This document shows, one piece after another, positions 40,649-53,000 of a stretch of 64,000 nucleotides of DNA. The translations under genes were made by a program, and so were the position numbers. The notes beneath the pieces are model-generated. The model was not told the origin of the DNA and ran no database searches. It saw nothing but the letters and a program-made list of their open reading frames with translations. This stretch comes from Balanoglossus misakiensis (lineage: Eukaryota; Animalia; Hemichordata), in assembly GCA_040954595.2 (NCBI GenBank), contig CM082589.2, positions 4,044,213 to 4,108,212 of the forward strand. The letters run 5' to 3'. Every line of letters begins with the position of its first letter. The first letter of the stretch is position 1.

Positions 40649-41831
40649 AATTTGTATTGTATCACTGCCTTGCTAAATACGCTAGTATGTACATGTAAAT
40701 CTGTTAAATAAATGATTGTGCATAATCAGCTGTAGAAGAAAGGTAAATGTAAGGTATATACCTCATGTTTGCATTCACTGTAAAAGGTGCATTTCATAGA
40801 TGTCACAGTTTGTTATAATAATCTAATTATTTCCCTGCAATATAAACTCAATATTAAAAATCCATATGTCTCTTCTTCAATTTTTCCAGGATATTGCTAT
40901 TTCTGATGAGGAAAGGGAAATGGTGATGGTGCTGACCCCATTCATGAACCCCTCTCCTTACTCGGTGTCACAGGTCAGTTGCCGCAGCAATGCAAATGCT
41001 TTGCCTGCGGCCATGTTGTGTCTCTTGTGTGAATTTTTCACCGCCTTGTAGGTCAAGCTACAGTGATATGCCAGACAGGCTGCATTGGGTGATATTGGTT
41101 TATGAATCATTTAATTGACTATCGATGGTACTTTTAACACAAGAAAGGGTAATATTGATATAACTCTTTGCATAGCATCCTTATGTACCAAAACTAATTC
41201 AGCATTGGTACTAAGGTTCCAATCATTTCTAGATTGTCTACACAAATATACATGCACAGTTTACAATGTCTGTTTTGTGTGACATTTCATGGTTATCTAT
41301 CCTTTGTGATTTGAATGTCGTTTGGTGCAATAAGTTTAAGGATCTGCTTTATGTTTTATCCCATTCCAGTGGTCTTCCTTGCCAAGAATATTCCGTTTAT
41401 TCCGGGCTCTTGGATTGAGCTATCTACTTATCACAGATGACGATAACAGGGTAAGTCGCCCATTTATGGGGTCATATAGCTGTAATGAATTTTCCCTTCA
41501 AAAGTCATTTAATTTAATTCCATATGATCATTCAGTACTTGTATAGAGTGCCATTAAGTCCTTACACACTGTCTTCAACTTCTATGAAATATTGTACAAA
41601 GTCTATGTACACAGTTTATAGTTGTATTTTATCAGAATTGATTCTCTTCCCTTCAATATTCGGTGGGAAATTTTCGCTAAACATGTCCAAAGAGCCTGAT
41701 TGGTAATAGTCTTCATTAACATATTATAGGTCAAAGGTATGGTCACTAGAAAGGACCTTGCACGGTATCGTCTGAATGTCAACTGGAGAGGTCATGTCAC
41801 CTTGGAGGAGTTGGACATACGGAGGAATTGA
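1395..41831 (+). CDS. CLCN7: H+/Cl- exchange transporter 7 (ClC-7), lysosomal CLC antiporter, ~866 aa, 23 coding exons
   Basis: Exons, all phase-consistent and summing to 2601 nt: 1395-1523, 18530-18670, 29743-29871, 30914-30979, 32656-32788, 32929-33038, 33649-33792, 34326-34412, 34530-34688, 35014-35124, 35419-35473, 35585-35645, 35883-36045, 36377-36470, 36652-36821, 36977-37153, 37527-37612, 37945-38071, 38322-38396, 38631-38747, 40890-40973, 41370-41450, 41730-41831. CLC signatures: GSGIP, GKEGP (gating Glu), [14 protein letters not shown] (proton Glu), GIFIP, GLYDIHI (central Tyr), CBS1 HNGFPVV, CBS2 [40 protein letters not shown] and the short inter-CBS linker fit ClC-7 rather than ClC-6. 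The link of exons 1-2 to the rest is inferred from phase 0 junctions and is less certain than the core. Confidence 0.95.
4074..4295. repeat. Degenerate two-copy tandem repeat, period about 110 bp
   Basis: ctgtat(t/a)ttcacaccat...tataaggccatg and acattttcacaaaa each occur twice about 110 bp apart. Confidence 0.6.
7570..7677. repeat. (GAT)n plus (CCA/CCG)n low-complexity tract
   Basis: Read directly; lies in CLCN7 intron 1. Confidence 0.9.
15582..15709. repeat. (TACA)n microsatellite
   Basis: Long near-perfect tetranucleotide array with one interruption. Confidence 0.97.
16234..16337. repeat. Two-copy ~55-bp tandem repeat
   Basis: attagctagcagtc...agaaa...tttgtaagatt occurs twice in succession. 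Confidence 0.7.
18530..18670 (+). CDS. CLCN7: CLCN7 exon 2, a phase 0-0 cassette or alternative first exon carrying the second [10 protein letters not shown] motif
   Basis: Acceptor ttgttgcag|, 47 codons [47 protein letters not shown], donor CGG|gtgagt. In-frame ATGs also lie upstream at 18437 and 18518. Confidence 0.8.
27184..28711. repeat. Near-identical tandem duplication (705-bp and 818-bp units) containing a nested 113-bp repeat
   Basis: Unit 1 is 27184-27888 and unit 2 is 27889-28706. The 113-bp subunit starting aaacaaagtattttattttcttctaaaag occurs twice in unit 1 and three times in unit 2. TGTTA is present at the junction and at both ends. Confidence 0.95.
32789..32928 (+). other. U12-type (minor spliceosome) GT-AG intron of CLCN7
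   Basis: 5' site GTATCCTTT, branch site TTCCTTGAC at 32906-32914, AG at 32927-32928 with no polypyrimidine tract. Splicing restores the frame (…VIHY|INKCVSSN…). Confidence 0.92.
36049..36217. repeat. 34-bp minisatellite, about 5 copies
   Basis: Unit catctgtttcatatttgcatattgtctgcccc(a/t)c repeats head to tail, starting just after the exon-13 donor. Confidence 0.93.
37710..37887. mobile_element. MITE-like element with 12-bp terminal inverted repeats
   Basis: CCTTACAAAAAC (37710-37721) and GTTTTTGTAAGG (37876-37887) flank ctatag-rich internal repeats. Related pieces lie at 34708-34772 and, inverted, at about 30024-30085. Confidence 0.7.
40561..40646. repeat. (TAGA)n microsatellite
   Basis: Read directly from the sequence. 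Confidence 0.97.
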
Positions 41832-43799
41832 ATTGAACCGAGAGTGTGTGCAAGAAGTATTCAAGGTGTCGGGGGTGGTCAGTTAAGCAGGTCAAGGAGT
41901 CAGAGGGCTAAGGTCAAACCGAGTGCGATGGATGACCGGGTGACCACGGGCCGAGTTGCAGAGAAGAAGATCTCGGGAATTGTGACTTGCAAGAAATTAT
42001 ATTGGTGATCAAGGGAAAATCAAAACAAACTGGAAATGCATTTCATGTGAGTTGAAATGAGTGTGGATACAAATCATGTGATTGTCATGTGGTTGTCACG
42101 TGATCAATGAAGGATATCAGCCACTGTCTGTGGAAAAAAAATAATAGCAGTGGCATACAGCTACAGTCAGTAATTATCACAGAAACATCTTAAATGATGG
42201 ATTTTGTTGCTTTGCAATACCATACTATGCAGCTAAAGATTGCAAGAAAGATGTGTACTTATCAGATAAAATATTCAAAATAATACAATGCATTTTTGCA
42301 GAATTTGATAGTGAAATGTGCTTTGATTTCTAATGAAGAGATTTGTCTCACATTGTCTGATATTTCATACAGGACAATAAAATTACCTGAAAACCTTACA
42401 GCATTCTGCAAGTGTTTGACCATCAAAATAAACACAAAAAACATCTCTTGTAGAAAGAGAGACATTTATGGCTAAAGCTTAGAAATTAATAACCTTTGAC
42501 ATAGCATAGAAATGTATTTGTTTATGCAGTATTCTCACCAGTAATATATTAATGTGGAAAGGAAATGTCACAAAACCATTTTTTCAGTTGATGAAGTGAA
42601 ATTTGGGTTGTTTTTTTGCATGATAAATTTTATTCAGAAACATTTCTGTTTTTTATTTAACATAGACTTTTAAAACCCACCTTGTCTTTTGTCAGAATTA
42701 CGTTTAGCCTACATTCATCATGATTTGCAAAGATATTGGATGATTTTTGTAACTAAAATTTAGAGTTTTAAAGATAAGTTTAGTGTTCGATTAAAATGCG
42801 TGTAGATGACACACTTTCATAATAGTCTGGGTGTCCGTTTTGAAGAATGAGATTAGGATAGATCCACTTGAATGAGCCTCCCTTAAACCAAAGTGAATTC
42901 TTCTACAACTAGTTATGTATTATGTAATTATTGCGTGAAAGATCACTGACTAAAACTAACTGTGTTGTGTGATAGTTTGTGGAGTGTTTATTTGTTGTCA
43001 AGTTGTCTCAGAAATGACACATCTGCACAATGTGTAGATTTTAACAGGAATGACCTTTAGATGTAGATTTAGATTTTAAGAGGAATGAATGAGTTTATTA
43101 AACTGACTGTCCTCTGAGTTACATAGATTTATTAGTATATAACGTTATCAATTTTGCTGTTTGGGGTTTTAGTTGAACAAAGAGTGCTTACTGTCAGTTT
43201 TTCCATGAGAGTATAAGATTGTGATTTTCTGCACTTGTTGATAGATTGCACTTATAGCATGGTGTCCCATTACAAAAATTACAATGCAAACAAGAATTTA
43301 CACTTAAGTGTTTGTGATATCAAGTGCATTACCTCCAGGAAAGAGGTGACCAATCACTGCTTGGCTACTTGTTCATACTGAAAACTTCACAATCACTACA
43401 TAACCTAGATCTGACGACCAGTTCAATAATGCAACCCAGGGAACACAACACTTTTGAAACAACACCAAATTGTAACATTTTATAAATTCTACAAAAGTAA
43501 ATATTAGGAAATCTCTATTTTCAATTTTTGATCAGAGACAGATGTTTCTAAAACTGTAAACAAAATCACTAGTATTGAAATCTCAACGTTCTTCTGGAAC
43601 TTCTAAACAATTCTAACTAGATTGCTCATTGAAACCAGAAAACAATTCCACTGTCTGCCCAACCATGTTTCAAAAAGATTTCATGATATTTCATCGCTCC
43701 ACAGATTTCACAATACCCATGTTATTCATTTTCATTTTGGTAACTGATGTGTTTCCGAGGGTTGCATTTGAAGTATTTTAAAAAGAAATAATCCCTCAT

Positions 43800-43878
43800 C
43801 TGTATAAAACTTTTAATTGTAATCTCTTAATCCTATGCTGTATAAAACCTTTGATTGTAATCTCTTAATCCCATGCTC
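43800..43878. repeat. Two-copy 38-bp tandem repeat in the presumed CLCN7 3'UTR
   Basis: ctgtataaaac(t/c)ttt(a/g)attgtaatctcttaatcc(t/c)atg occurs twice. Confidence 0.85.
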
Positions 43879-46800
43879 AGGGATTCTATATTCTCTCAGC
43901 TAGGCGTTTCTCTCTCAGGCTTATTTTGCAACGATTGTCAGGTATTTACAACAACATGTACATAGAGATCTGTATCTTGATTCCAAATTACACTTCTGCT
44001 GTTTGTATATTTATATCAGAAAGAATATAGATTTTTTTTGTTTCAAAAAGGTGTTAAAATCAGAGCGAGATATTTATAAGAGGCTGTGCCTTACAGAGAG
44101 AGTAATATATTTGTTTTATCTTATTTTTTCTTTGTGTATTGTAAATGCTAGAAATGGTCCTTGTGAAATGTAACAACTATCTTTTATCATCTATTTTTCT
44201 CGAAACTGACCTGTTATATTGATGTTTGTCAATTATTCATTTACAGGGTAAATTTTGCATGCATAACAAAAATCGGTACCGTGGCAACATATATATAACC
44301 TCCTATGGTATGTCTACATAGCCCTTTCGTTGCAACGTGTTTCCTGTGTTGCTGCCTGTATACATTTTGAAAGGTTCACAGTAATTTACAAGAAAACAGT
44401 GACGTGCTTGTATTTTGCATGGATGGTCTAGTGAGTGGCCTGGTCATAGAGGTCACTGAAAAGTGTATGAAAAGCAAATTTAAGCTTGGGTGAAGATAGA
44501 TGTCCTTCCACTGTGAGTTGACAACCATTATCCTTGTCTTATTGTCTCAATATCTTTTGTCTTTTCACTGAGCAATTTGTCAAAACGTACACTGGTTTTA
44601 TGGTGAAGGTTGAAGTTTCCTTCTTCTCTGTCATTCACTGCACTATATATGGAACAGAAATCAGGATTTCCTTGTGGTATTATACACTTTTCATTTGAAT
44701 TTGAAAAGTTATGATATGAAAATAATATATTGCAGTACTACTTGTATTTATGATAGTTTTGTAGGTTTTACTGAGTTTGAATTTGCCAAAAGTTTGTAAG
44801 ATTTTTGACGAAAATGTTCGAATTTGTTAACAGTAACATGATTGTGTTCACAGATCTTTCACATTTGCCATCCTTGTGACAGTATTTCATGGAAATAAAC
44901 CCTGTTGCCAAGATCAATTATGATATTTTTATTTTATAGATTTTATTTATTAATATTAGTAGAAATGTTCAGTAGAGTTGCTGTTATATTTTCATATTTA
45001 AATTAATGCGGAGTTTGTTTGTATATAGTGTGTAAGTTATGTATGATGTTTTGACTATGATTTCAATATTTCACTGAAAACTTAATAAATTTATGTCAGG
45101 GACTTTAGAATGGTTGCAACATCCAGCAATGAGAAAAATGCTCCATGCACTGTTTGCCTGTGCTCATATTACAAGTTGGGCAGTATACTCTGTTGGGACA
45201 CGCTGGTGGTAAAAATGTTCAGTTGTGCCCCATGCGATCATATTTTGATTTCTGATGTTTATTTTGTCCCTGCAATTCGGGTATACGGTAAGTTGCTCTT
45301 ACCATATACCATATGGTGAATGTTGCAGTTGATCATATAGCGTATGTTTTCAGAATTTATTATTTAAAAATGTTTTTGACTTCACAGTGTATGTTCTACA
45401 AAAGCATGTGTAATTTACATATATTAAACAGATCCAAATTGGACAAATGTTATTTTGTGTGAAATAAACTCGAAGATAATTTTGAAAAATGGTGTTTGAG
45501 TCAATGAATTTATATCCTGCAGTCCTGGTCAGTGTTCTGTATGACATTATTGTACTTTATTTTCATTCCTTCATTTATTCAAATGTATCCATGTGCCATC
45601 TAAGGAAGATTCGTATAAATCTAACCCGTGGTCGCCATTTACAAGCTAAACTAAACACTTTGATATGAAAATAACATGGCGAGGCATGTGGTCAATATAT
45701 TACAGCCCCAACAAGGGACTATGTGCCCTTTCAGCAGGATACCATCTACCCCCACTGCACAGGAATGGTCAAATGTCCCACGGTACATAGTCCCCTGTTG
45801 GGCTATAATATATAATGTATCATTCCACTGCACGACAATTGCTCTTTTGCAATGCTAAGTTGTATTACCCTGCCTTTGATTGATTAACTGTTACTGTACA
45901 GGGTTATTCATATTTGGTAGTCATGCGGTGGGTTACTTCGGGCCACGACCCTCCCATAATTAAAAAAGTACATGGCCGACATACAAGGCGAAGCTGAAGA
46001 TGATAGACTGGGACCCTAATCGAAGATGCAGACCCTGTGGTCAAATAGGATTGCACCAAGGCCACTTTAATGTATACAGCGAAAAGTAATAGGCCTATAA
46101 AAGTCACGCAGTGTTGCTTGCACAACTCATGCGAATAAAAACACCCTGGCTTGGGTCAAGCATAGTAACTTATTGTTGTTGGGAAAGGGGTGAAACATAA
46201 AGGTTATTTCCCCCTGAGAAGCACCTACTAAACTTTTGAAATAACACGTATCGAACACTGTTTTGCACAGCCTGATTCAGTCCAGCGTAGACGGCACACC
46301 CGCTTTTGCATACAGCAAACCAGGGGCGAGCAACAAACAAGGTCAGTCTTTAACATGCACTGAAAGTTTTTAAACGTGTTTTTGACGTTTACGTTTGTCG
46401 GAAAATACCTAAGATTGTACCAGCTTTTGTTGTATTAAAAGAATGGTCGCGTGACATGGCATGATCGCTTCTTTATCAGCCCAACAACTGTTGTATATAA
46501 CGAGTCGGTCTTACTTAGAGATTGTGATTTGGAATATGTATCACCAGAGTCTGAAAGTGACCTTCTTCCCGTTTAAACCCAAACGTATAATAATGGTCAC
46601 GCTATATACATATTGTTTTGTGGTGCAGCGAGGTCAGCCGTTCGAATGCAATTGTCTGGGTTGATGTACCGCGTTCCGTTTTCTTACAAATGGTGCCATA
46701 ATTTTCTATGTACCAGCTCTAGTTTTGCAGTTTTTGTACGTAGTTTATATCATTTTGACAGCATTTCAGCTCTGCGCTCATTATATATGCGTAAATATGC

Positions 46801-47073
46801 AGGAGTATAGGTCAATGGTCCTCCACAATTTGCATATGTATGACATAGCATTTGGGCTGTAACTTCATTGTATCTATATTCAGCACTATCAGATGTTTCA
46901 GGTGAATTATAAAGTGGCAAAACCTTCATATTTACATGTTCTACTGGTATGAAAGTATCCTTACATGTATATACAGATTGCTATATGTACATGTATTATG
47001 CAGGATTGTATTTTTCTGTTACTTTTCACCACCCGTATTTCTATATTTGACAGAGTCCGTTCTGACAAGAAAT

Positions 47074-50000
47074 ATGTATAACAAAGCAAATCCATTTGGT
47101 ACTGTGGACTATATTGTCTTCGCGGCTATATTGGTGATCTCTGCCTCAACAGGGGTGTATCATGCCTTTGTTAAGGGTGGGGCAAGTACGACATCGAGGT
47201 AAACTATCACAGACAAATAAGTTAATTCTCTTCTCGTGTTAGTGTTTTCAAACCACGAACATGTCCATGTCAAACACAACTTTTTTTACACAAGTGTGTG
47301 AATGCCTTGGTCTGTTTTGTCTCTTATGGTTCTATGTTTATTTCGTGGGCTGTGTAATTCTGTCAGTTTTTTTTTCTTGTTAGATATATGGTAGCAGATA
47401 GAAAGCTGGGCGGAGTGCCCGCTGCGTTCTCCGTAGTCGTGTCCTTTGTGTCAGCTATCACCGTCTTGGGATATTCCTCTATTGTATTTGTCAATGGTAT
47501 ATCAATAACAGCATTCATGCTGTCGTTAAGTCTGGTTATGCCTTTCCTTGCTTTTGTGATGGTGCCGGTTTTCTATGACCTTAGACTGGTCACTGCCTAC
47601 GAGGTATGTAGCTCAATAGGCTGTAAGCGTTCACACCACACTGAAGTGCGCTACTCTGATCAACAAAAGTGTCATGATTTTGTAGAGTGGTCCATTACAG
47701 ATTTCCAGGGGAGAAGCGCTCTGATGTGATGTTGTTTCCTTTTGGGCACAGAGGGCAAATCAGTCTCGACTGTGTTCGTCGAATTTGTGAAGATCGAACG
47801 TTCACATGCCAGTGCGTTCAACTTTGTTATTTAAAGTTAGCCATAAAATAAAAAATAAAAGCTGGCCACTAAACACTCGGTACTGACGCATGACTTATTT
47901 TTCCTTTTCTGTGCTTTCTAGTACTTGGGACTACGGTTTAACCTTGCACTGAGATTAATTGTGTCGTCGCTGTTCATTGTCGAGCAACTATTTTTGAACG
48001 CTGTGTTTCTTCTGAGTCCTGCAATTGCTGTTGAAGCTGGTGGGTATACATATCTTTAATACGGCTATTAGATTTTTAATTTACCATCTTGTTATGATTT
48101 TGTTATGATTAATTAATTAATTAACTAATTCGAAAAAGTCGAATATTGGCATTATTCTTTATACTATTACTTGGTCCAAACCTAAACCATTTTCTTTTAT
48201 GTATTAATTGGCATTTCAGTTCAAAATTTTGCCATTTGGAAGAGCGTATTGATTCTTGGCCTGATTTGCTGTTTTTACACTACACTTGTAAGTATAGCAG
48301 TCACTGTAACCTGCTGTATATTATGTCATTTGTATTTTTTGAATCGTTATGGTATGTGTGTTGTAAATGTTCTCTTCTCACAGCGTATTTAACCCTCACT
48401 TTTCTCATTCAAACATAGGGAGGCATAAGTGCTGTAATATGGGCAGATGTATTCCAAGCTCTTGTCATATTTGGCTCTTTAATTGCCGTGTCCGTACTTG
48501 GAAGTATAAGGGCTGGCGGGATAGATCATGTATTTGAAGTTAACGCAGACGATGGGAGACTTGATTACGAGTATGTGATTTAATGTATTTCAGCGTATAT
48601 TTGAAGAAGTCACTTTGTTTTAATAAGCAACACTTGATGCACTAAAATTAGTGCAACTCGGCCTCTAGACCATTAATGTTTTCAGATAGTTGGTATATAT
48701 GATTTATAAAGACATGTCTCTAGCTGTGACCAAACCGGAAGTTGTTTAGAAGACACATAGCTATGACTCTTTTCCTTTCTTTTGCAGTTTTTCTCTGGAT
48801 CCGACAGTACGGTTTACATTTTGTGGCGCTTTCTTTGGTCTTGGCGTGAACACTCTTTCCACGTTTCTTACCCAGCCTGCCATTCAAAGATTTGTCTCAA
48901 TAAAGTCATTGAAACAAGCAAAACTGTGAGTATGTCGCTAACCAACGATTACCTTATGTATAATCTTATGATCGAAACGATTCCTTGTATGTACGAAAGA
49001 AACTGCGCATCAGCACAAAGTCTTGCATTATGTCTATACAAATATTCATTTTATTAGCAATGAATTTTAATCCTGGTGTATTGTCTTGATCCTTTCAGAT
49101 CGGCGGTGTTTACCGTACCTATATCGTTCTTTCTTATACCTTTGACCTTTCTTATTGGATTTATAGCTTATGCCTATTACAGTGGTAAGTGCATTTCTCC
49201 TCTTTTTAATTTGGACATACTGTGGTTTTCGTGAGGGGGGGGGGGGCTCTATTTCATATTGTAGTAGGTATATTATCATGACTAGGCCTATACCCTTTCA
49301 GTCGAATTGTCTTAATACATGTAACATTATTTAACTTTTATTCGTACGTTATCACTTAGATAATCCTGATTTTCCTGGAAGCATGAATTCAACACTGTAC
49401 TCTGGTAGGTTGTGGAAAAGAACTACCTTTAATTTTAACTGCCTATTTTAGGTGATCAAATTTAACATGGCAACAACCCACCTACTGGTTTCATCGGGTG
49501 ATATGCCCATTTTATTAAAATAGTCCCTAAAAGCGTGTTAGAATACCAAGATCCATCGGTTTTAAATCGTCGTCATTAGTATGATTAATAGTAATACAAT
49601 TCAATCATGTGCCACAGGCATCACCAGTTCCTCCAACCAGTGTCTATACGGAACGACGCAAACTAGTCATGTGCTCGTTAAATACGTATTTATGCAAACC
49701 GTGGAACTACTTTCTTTCTGTAAACATTACACGTTATGAACGTCCGTGTTACGATCAGCGAAAGGTGATGATTATTGAACGTGCGGGAACATGCGTAATA
49801 GTTTACTCATCCCAACTGTCATGCGATGAACCAACACATGATCGTCAGTGTATGGGAATCTCCAAATTGACCAACATTGCTCGCGTTCATCAGAGAGATT
49901 TCATATATTACCGACGTAATATCGCTATTTGTCTGGGTCATGAGTTCAACAGGAAGTTCTAACCCTATGACCTCACTTTGCATAACAATGGTTCCGTACT

Positions 50001-53000
50001 TTGGCCAATCAACGCATCTCAAGATTGCGTCATCTCTGCCGCTTCACAGACAGTACTGAAAATCAAGACTCCTCTGACGAATATATTTCGTAATTTCGAA
50101 TCCATAATAAATCAGAACCTAGCAGCCGTAAAAAATAATTAAAAGCTATATTTTGAAATTAGGGGATATGTTTAATTTAATATTAACGAATTCGCAAACA
50201 TTATTTTCAGGTTCACAACTACCTGGATTGGCAGGAAATGACAGTCTCTTGCTGACAACAAACATGACTCTCCCAACAAATATAATGGACCTAATAGAAT
50301 CCCCAGACCAGGTACTATGAACCATAAAATCACACATATGATGACAAAATATCTCGATTGGCAATTATCTCGCCAATACATTCGATTGCTATGAATAGTT
50401 ATCCATCAATGTCCTGGGTTTTTCTCTTCCAGATCGTGCCGTTTTTTATCAGTTCGGAATTCGGAAAGATTCCTGGAATTCAAGGCCTATTTTTGTCGTG
50501 TTTAACTGCTGGAGCTCTTAGGTAACTATGTTTTCTCCAAAAAGTTGTTACTCAATATTTGTGTTCAATAAGAAAGCACCTCCCTAGGGTTTTTTTCAAA
50601 CCCATAATACAACTTTGTTCTTGGAAGTCACATAAATCTACATCGCTGCCAAGAAATGTCTGAGAATATTACTCTTTTGTTTCTACTTACAGTTCCGTTT
50701 CTTCGAGCATCAACTCCATGGCAACGGTCACGATCCAAGATTTTGTGAATCCATTGCGTGAATGGAGAGCACAAAGCCAGAAACACGCACTTGCTCACAA
50801 TGACGCCAAGGATTTATTGCTTGTAAAGATACTGTGTAAGATATGAGAGATGGGGAGAGAGAGGGGTGGACATGATGTCAAATTAACGTTTAATGCTTGT
50901 GTATGAAGGTATTCTAAGGCAATTCTGGTCTAACGCAAGTTTAATATGGACTCACGTGTCAATAAGACATCTATCTTTCTTGAACGACCCATTGGTTTAC
51001 AGCCATTTGGGAGCTTTAATCAGGTAACTCATATGTTGCTTATGATGATAATGTACTCACTACTGTATACATGTAGTTGTTTTTGTTTTTCTCTGAACAG
51101 GCGCCTCTTATGGAATAGCTGGGATTCTTCTATCATTTGGTATTCAGTCGCTGGAAAACCTCATTCCTCTTACACACACCTTCGTAGGATCAATGGGAGG
51201 ACCATGTGGCGCCGTGTTCGTGATCGGGATGTTATGCAAACGCGCAAATGGCAGGTTTGTGATATTGGTGGTCGTGCTAGACTTGCGTGTGTGCACATCC
51301 TTTTCGTAAGTCTAACGCCCCATGCAGCCATAATGAATTTGAACTCAAAGCCGAGTGAAGCACAGATATTTGCAACTATACTTGTTTCTTTCTTTGTTTC
51401 TTTGTTTTGACAGAGGAACGTTAATTGGAACAATTACAGGAATACTTGTTGGTCTCTGGATGGTTATTGGTGGGTTCATGTACAAAGAGTCAAAGGGGGC
51501 TCCTGTTATATACAAGGTATGTCTATCAGAAAATTAAACGCATTAAATGTATTCTTTCTCATCACAGCAAATTAACATGGCTGTCTTTGTCAATGTAATT
51601 ACGTATTATTTATTTTTACAAATTGAAGACATAATATCAAAAATACAATCTTGATATTTTAATGCTAACAAATTCCTCATAAATCTCTTTGGATATACAA
51701 TGTATTTTTTAATACGCAAAATACATTTTTATTGGTTTCGGTGATGTAGGCCTATTTTGGAATCACATTGAAGAATAAGAAAATAATTAAAGCTGCAAGC
51801 AGCATTGTCCGGGCCCAAGCTCTATTATCTGATCAGATTATTAGATATGCACATCATTAATGAGTAGAACCATAATGCTGTGTTTTATCCCATGAAATAT
51901 CAAGGTTATATCTATGTTTGGTGTTGATATAGTGTTAAGTAGGTCAAAGGTCACCTAGAGGTCACCCACAATTTGGGCAGAAAATTTTGACCCATAGTGG
52001 TCCATGTCCAACAAAAACCAGACCTCTAGCCCTTTTGGTTAGCTCGGAATTAGGTATGCACATAAATAATGAGTTATGCAGGCGTCACAGGTGACCCAAA
52101 ACTTTGGCTTTTCATTATGGCCCCATACCTCCAAACGTCAAGGCTGTATCTGTTGTGGATGTCGATATATGCAAAAGTAGGTCAAAGGTCACCCGAGGTC
52201 ACCCAACATTTGGGCAAAATATTTTGTCCCCATACTGGTCCATGTATAACAAAAAAAAAACCTCTAGGTCTATTAGTTCATCATCAATTAGGTATGCGCA
52301 TATTTAATGAGGTCACCAGAGGTCATGAAAAGTATCAAAATTTTTTTATCACATACAAATCCACATACATCAAAAACCAAACTTATAGCCCTATTGGTTA
52401 GCCTGGAATTAGATATGCAGAAAAATGATGCGTCAAAAGTAGGTCAAAGGTCATTGCCAAAATTACCAAAATATTTATAGCTTATTCTTGTCATATGATG
52501 ATTCATATCCATAAAAAGAATTTCTGTGCTATCAATTTTAAGGCTAGAAAAGAAATTTTTACTTTTTAATCGTTTTTCACAAAATCCAATATGGCCGCCA
52601 TAATCTTCGACCAATCACATTCCCCTTCGCAAACTTGATAGACATCTGTTTAATGACCACACACACCAAATCTTGTGACTCGGTTATCGCCCGTTCTTGA
52701 GAAGAAGATTTTTGAAATTTTACAATGGTTTTTAGAAAATCCAATATGGCCGCCATAATCTTCGACCAATCACAATGATCTTCGCAAACTTGATAGACAT
52801 CAGTTAGGTGACCACATACCCCAAACCGCGTGACTCAGTTATCACCGGTTCTGGAGAAGAAGATTTTTGAAATTTAAGCCAGATTTCAGAAAAAAAATTG
52901 TAGCAAAAAAACTGCAACATTTACAGCAAAATATCCAATTACAAAAATGATGGGTAGAAGGTAGACTACCTGCACACCAAATTTGAAGTCGATCTGACTT

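Noticed and set aside
33649-41831. Assignment as ClC-6 or as a ClC-1/2-type channel
   Set aside because: Both glutamates of exchangers are present, the long ClC-6 inter-CBS insert is absent, and the C-terminal motifs match ClC-7.
42095-42104. GTCACGTGA CLEAR/TFEB-like motif near a lysosomal gene
   Set aside because: It lies in the 3'UTR rather than the promoter. The perfect GTCACGTGAC near 53057 is inside a mobile element, and I saw no such site near the CLCN7 ATG.
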